Part shown: in pieces, positions 60,251-64,000 of the stretch | Layout: each line of letters starts with the position of its first letter | How positions within the stretch are numbered: position 1 is the first letter of the stretch | Assembly: GCA_010909165.1 (NCBI GenBank) | Contig: MU008203.1 | Location: 124,001 to 188,000 of the forward strand | Length of the DNA stretch: 64,000 nucleotides | Source of the DNA: Anthoceros angustus | Lineage: Eukaryota > Plantae > Anthocerotophyta | Direction: 5' to 3' | The notes under the pieces: model-generated | Database searches by the model: none | Told to the model about the DNA's origin: nothing | What the model saw: the letters and a program-made list of their open reading frames with translations, nothing else | Program-made: the position numbers and the translations under genes

Positions 60251-62827
60251 CTAGCCAGGTATGCTGCCCTCCCAGTCATATTCATGGACGTTGTCCTTGC
60301 TCATCTTTCTGTCCAAGGCTTCAACCATATCATCTGGAGAGCCCGGGTTCAAAAGTCTTTGCTTAGACATTTTCCTAACCTCGAGAAACATTTCATGATG
60401 ATTAAGAAATGTAAGCATAACTTCCTTGTAGCACTCCTCGGGAGTGCTTATGCTAGGTAGCATCTCCTGCCACAGTGGCTTCAGGTCAGCGTTCTGTTCA
60501 GCGGCTTGACTCTGCCTCTTCGCTCCCTTCTTTCTCATGTACACTTTGACAGGTTGTCGAGGCGGTCTGTAGATCATGAATGGTTTGAAGGTCATGAAGT
60601 GCTGGGATATATTCCAAACGGGGGCTTTAGGAAACTGCGTCACTGTAGTCTCGATGTAGGCATCGTGCGGAAGAAATAGCTCACATACCCTGTCCCTGGC
60701 CGAATCACTAAACAAGGCGAGCCTGGCCAGCCTGCTTGCAAACTCGTTGGATGAATTTGCCTTGAACTTTGATATGAAGTCATCGAACTGCGACCTGGCA
60801 TGCTTCATGTCTTTTTTCGCAAAAGCACCGGATCTGTCCACTATTGCCACTGCACCCTGGTCAACTAGTAGCGCGTACAAGAGGTCGAGCGCGGAGGACC
60901 ACCTGAGTTGGGGTTGGGAGCCCTGGGCTCCAGAGCTGATGAAATCTCTCCGCGCAATGTGAATAGACCTTGGGCCGGGCCCCTTTTCCACCAAGTCCTT
61001 GCAAAGCTCAACCCCGCTTCTGTGATCGGAAAATTGTAACGCTATCTTGCATTTCCTGATCTTCACAACAGCAGATGCAACGCGGTCTCGAATGTGGAAG
61101 TACAAATTTCCGTAGAGGTCGTTGCGTGGAACATGAAACCGCTTGTCGCTCGTAACCTACAAGGTGGCAGCATTTCCATTTGTTAGGACTGTTTATAAGC
61201 TGAAGTAGTCTGTTGCACTTCGTGGAAGATACATGTGTCCAAATGAGAGGACATGGGAGCATACCATTACCTGGTGGATAGGCCAACCATATAAAGGTTC
61301 ACGCCGTGTGGCCACGGCTGACCAGCCAGCACGTGGGTTGTCAATGGCTGACACCAGAGTTGGGTTGGGGAGGCAATGGTGGTAGGAGGATTGAGCTGCA
61401 AACGGCAGGAGGAGCCCCGACTCAGCAAACTTTTCCAGGGCAGAATAATGTGGTTCCAGCAGAAACCCATCGATTCCTTTGGCATCGTCACGTAGTCCGA
61501 GAACCGCTCCCCGACTTGCAGCCTTAGGTTCCATGCTTGAAAGTCCCATCAGAGTAAGGTGCTTATACAACTCAAGCCCATGGATTCTGACAGACAAGCT
61601 GGAACCCGAGCATGTAATCTGCTTTACAAATCCAAATAGAACATCACCGTTGTAAGCTGCACTGAGTTTCACCATGTCCTCTTGAATATCCAGTATGTGA
61701 CGGTGAGGTTGGAATTGGGATGGTGGCGGTGGAACGCTGCTGCAAGGTAGGACGTTGGGAGTCGTGTTTAGAAGCTGTACGATGGTGTCCATGAGCAGCA
61801 AATATTGGCTCGGAGTCAATTCAGCAGAGTACCAGATGGCAATAACTGCATCCACGGCACTGAAGTCTGCAAGCTCACCAGATGCCATTTGCAGAAGTAG
61901 GGAGCATAAGATCAAGTTCCGTGCAAGGGCCTGACAATCAGGCGTCTGGACACGGATCTGTAATTCCCCTGCATATCCTGCATCAAGCTGGAAGAGAGTG
62001 TCAATCAGGTTGTTCAGATCAATCGTGTCCATGAGGAGTATCCGGAAAGGGCTCGGCATATCTCGATTATTTTTCATACCTGCCAGTACTCCAAAAGCAG
62101 GGACGCGATCCCAGAGAGTCACCGGACTAGGATGTGCCGTTCTCTTGTTCTCCTCAGCATGATCAAGCAGTGCCTTCATCGTCATCCGGTCACGTTCCAA
62201 CGAATCCTGCAAAGCTCTCGCGCATTCATCCTCATGCACCAGTTTCCCGTGCGCTATCCGGCACTTCCTACTGCAATAAGCAACCAGCTCACAACGAGGG
62301 CACGAACTTGTGGCTGGCTTACGGCAACACTTGCTGTACTGTGGACTCAGGTTTGCACAGGGTAATCTCATAGGCGTCTCCAGAAACACGCCCGATCCGT
62401 AATGGACGACCCTGCCCGCATCACGGAGGTGCTTGAGGAACTCCGAGAAGAAGATGGCGGGGTATATCCCTTGCGACAAGCAGAGCTTCGCTATGGAGAG
62501 CAGAATCCTCCCAGTGCGTTGGCACCGAGCCTGCATTGCATGAAAGGGGTGCGAGGAATTCGAACCAGCCTGCACCTCTGCCCCTGGATCATCACCGGCA
62601 ATGTCAGCCGCATCCGCAAAATCCCCGCCTAATTCCGCAACCAGCTGAGGAAAGCGCTCCAGAGACGCTGTCACCAGGGATTTGATCTTGAACGACGCTG
62701 GAAGGGGCTCAATAAGATCTGACAAGGCTGTCAAGTCCATCAATGGAACTGCCGTTTCCTTGAGCAAGGTCACCTTCCTGGAATATGAGTAGAGAATCTC
62801 CCCCCACGAAGTCTTGCTGCAATCCAT
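60251..62827 (-). CDS. MYND zinc-finger plus DUF4470-like protein; exons 61271-62827 and 60251-61156
   Basis: CCRKPATSSCPRCELVAYCSRKCRIAHGKLVHEDEC (MYND); LWDRVPAF..ILLMDTIDLNN..ALARNLIL..AVIAIWYSAELT; SGLLLPFAA..PNPTL..PLYGW; phase-0 GT-AG intron to NDLYGNLYFHIRD. Confidence 0.8.
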
Positions 62828-64000
62828 TGGCGCTCACAAGAAAATGCCTCAGTCCCCTGAAGGAACGCTGAGCCCCGCTGTGCAACCTGCACCACGGCGC
62901 ATCAATAGCCCAAGGCCAGGGCATCACGAAGAACGTCCCCCGGTTTTGGACAGGACATTCACTATTTACAACATACATGCCATGATCATGCGCTATGGTC
63001 CATGCCCCATGCCCCACGCCCCATGCTCAACCGCGCGGCTGGCTTCCACACCGTGCGGTCCCGTTTCTTAAGAATAACCATAAGTCATGCCCACTGGCCC
63101 ACCGCTCACGCCGGGCTCGGGCACGGGGGATCGCCCGTCGCAAGTTTAAATAGTGCTGAAGGGTCTTCCAGAGTAGGTTTGTCAGTGGGGCTTATAAGCA
63201 GCGACCACATAGGGATCTACTGGAAGGAGGGCGACCTAGACCATGTGCACATCCAAGGAAACGAGCTGCTCGTCAGCCCAACCCACAGCACCTCGGCGAA
63301 ACGGGGGTCGTAAATATCCCGTTTCGTTTTCACGGGAGTTCTCACTTGGCCGGTGCCGGTGTGGTACAAATGGTTTAGGCCACATGGACACACACATTTA
63401 TAAGAACATCGTTATTAAGTATTCTGAGCTTGGATCGATATTTAGATGGGGTGCTTAAAGGGAATGGATGCCCTTGGTGCAAGTAGCTTAGGCATACCAT
63501 GGTACAAGTTGTTAAGTATTAAGTCCGTTGACGGAAATCCGTCCTTAATGGACTTAAATAAAATTCTTCTTCTTCTTCTACACCATACAACAGGAGCTGA
63601 GCTGCTGACATGGCACTCTCAAAACCAGTCGCCCAGATGGATCACCTATAACTCCTAGAATGTCATAATCAGAGAGATGAGATAGCCTACACATTATTTA
63701 TCTAGGATGCGTCCCGATCCGTCGTCGTCGTCCATAAGATAGCCCTTGCAAATGCCCATTGGAGGGCAATGGACTCTCTCTTTTAGAGGGGAATATTATG
63801 GACACCCACTTTTGAAGGGCAATATAGACACCCGCTTAGAACGATATGAAATAGAGAGAGTAGCTATTTCTTATCTTCTTGCAGTGGAACATGACTTGTT
63901 AAATATGTCAAAAGTCTTTAAGTTTTTAAGACAAGTGGGATGAAGAGGTGGCCCGCCTGCGACCCTCGCACTTATTAAAGTATAATAAGTGGCTGCGAAG

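Noticed and set aside
60251-62827. Calling the DUF4470 gene the ciliary DNAAF3
   Set aside because: It has a MYND finger and fungal-type downstream motifs, not the DUF4470+DUF4471 DNAAF3 layout
63400-64000. Two ~65-70-aa ORFs and a terminal hairpin (CACTTATTA-AAGTA-TAATAAGTG)
   Set aside because: Possibly a TE remnant running off the window edge; no diagnostic motif to support a call

Overview
Gene-dense land-plant nuclear window with short (~85-110 bp) GT-AG introns and patchy GC. It is most likely a hornwort (inference): it carries a PPR with a DYW:KP-type 'GRP' domain, a ciliary CFAP36 gene, and compact genes. The left ~44 kb is mostly genic: F-box, PLS-E PPR, acetolactate synthase (ALS), C2H2 zinc-finger protein, adenylate kinase, CDC123, PsbTn, a coiled-coil tail-anchored protein, a METTL21-like methyltransferase and CFAP36. 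A Ty3/gypsy remnant and a heavily damaged Y14/RBM8 pseudogene lie among these genes. 44.8-54.9 kb is an accessory zone: a broken LRR receptor-like gene apparently interrupted by a gene ending in a HicA-toxin-like domain, a CRE/R2-type LINE 3' fragment, many minisatellites, and a structurally complete 4.3-kb MULE (268-bp TIRs, 10-bp TSD). The MULE sits on the putative start codon of a PPR gene that joins an OSB-type PDF motif, a recently expanded PLS array and a DYW:KP (candidate U-to-C editing) domain. The window ends with a MYND-DUF4470 gene of a type I know mainly from fungi. Top leads: the HicA-like domain, the PDF-PPR-DYW:KP fusion, and a candidate lineage-specific KASH protein ending in PLPT. 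All homology calls come from recalled motifs; no database search was run.
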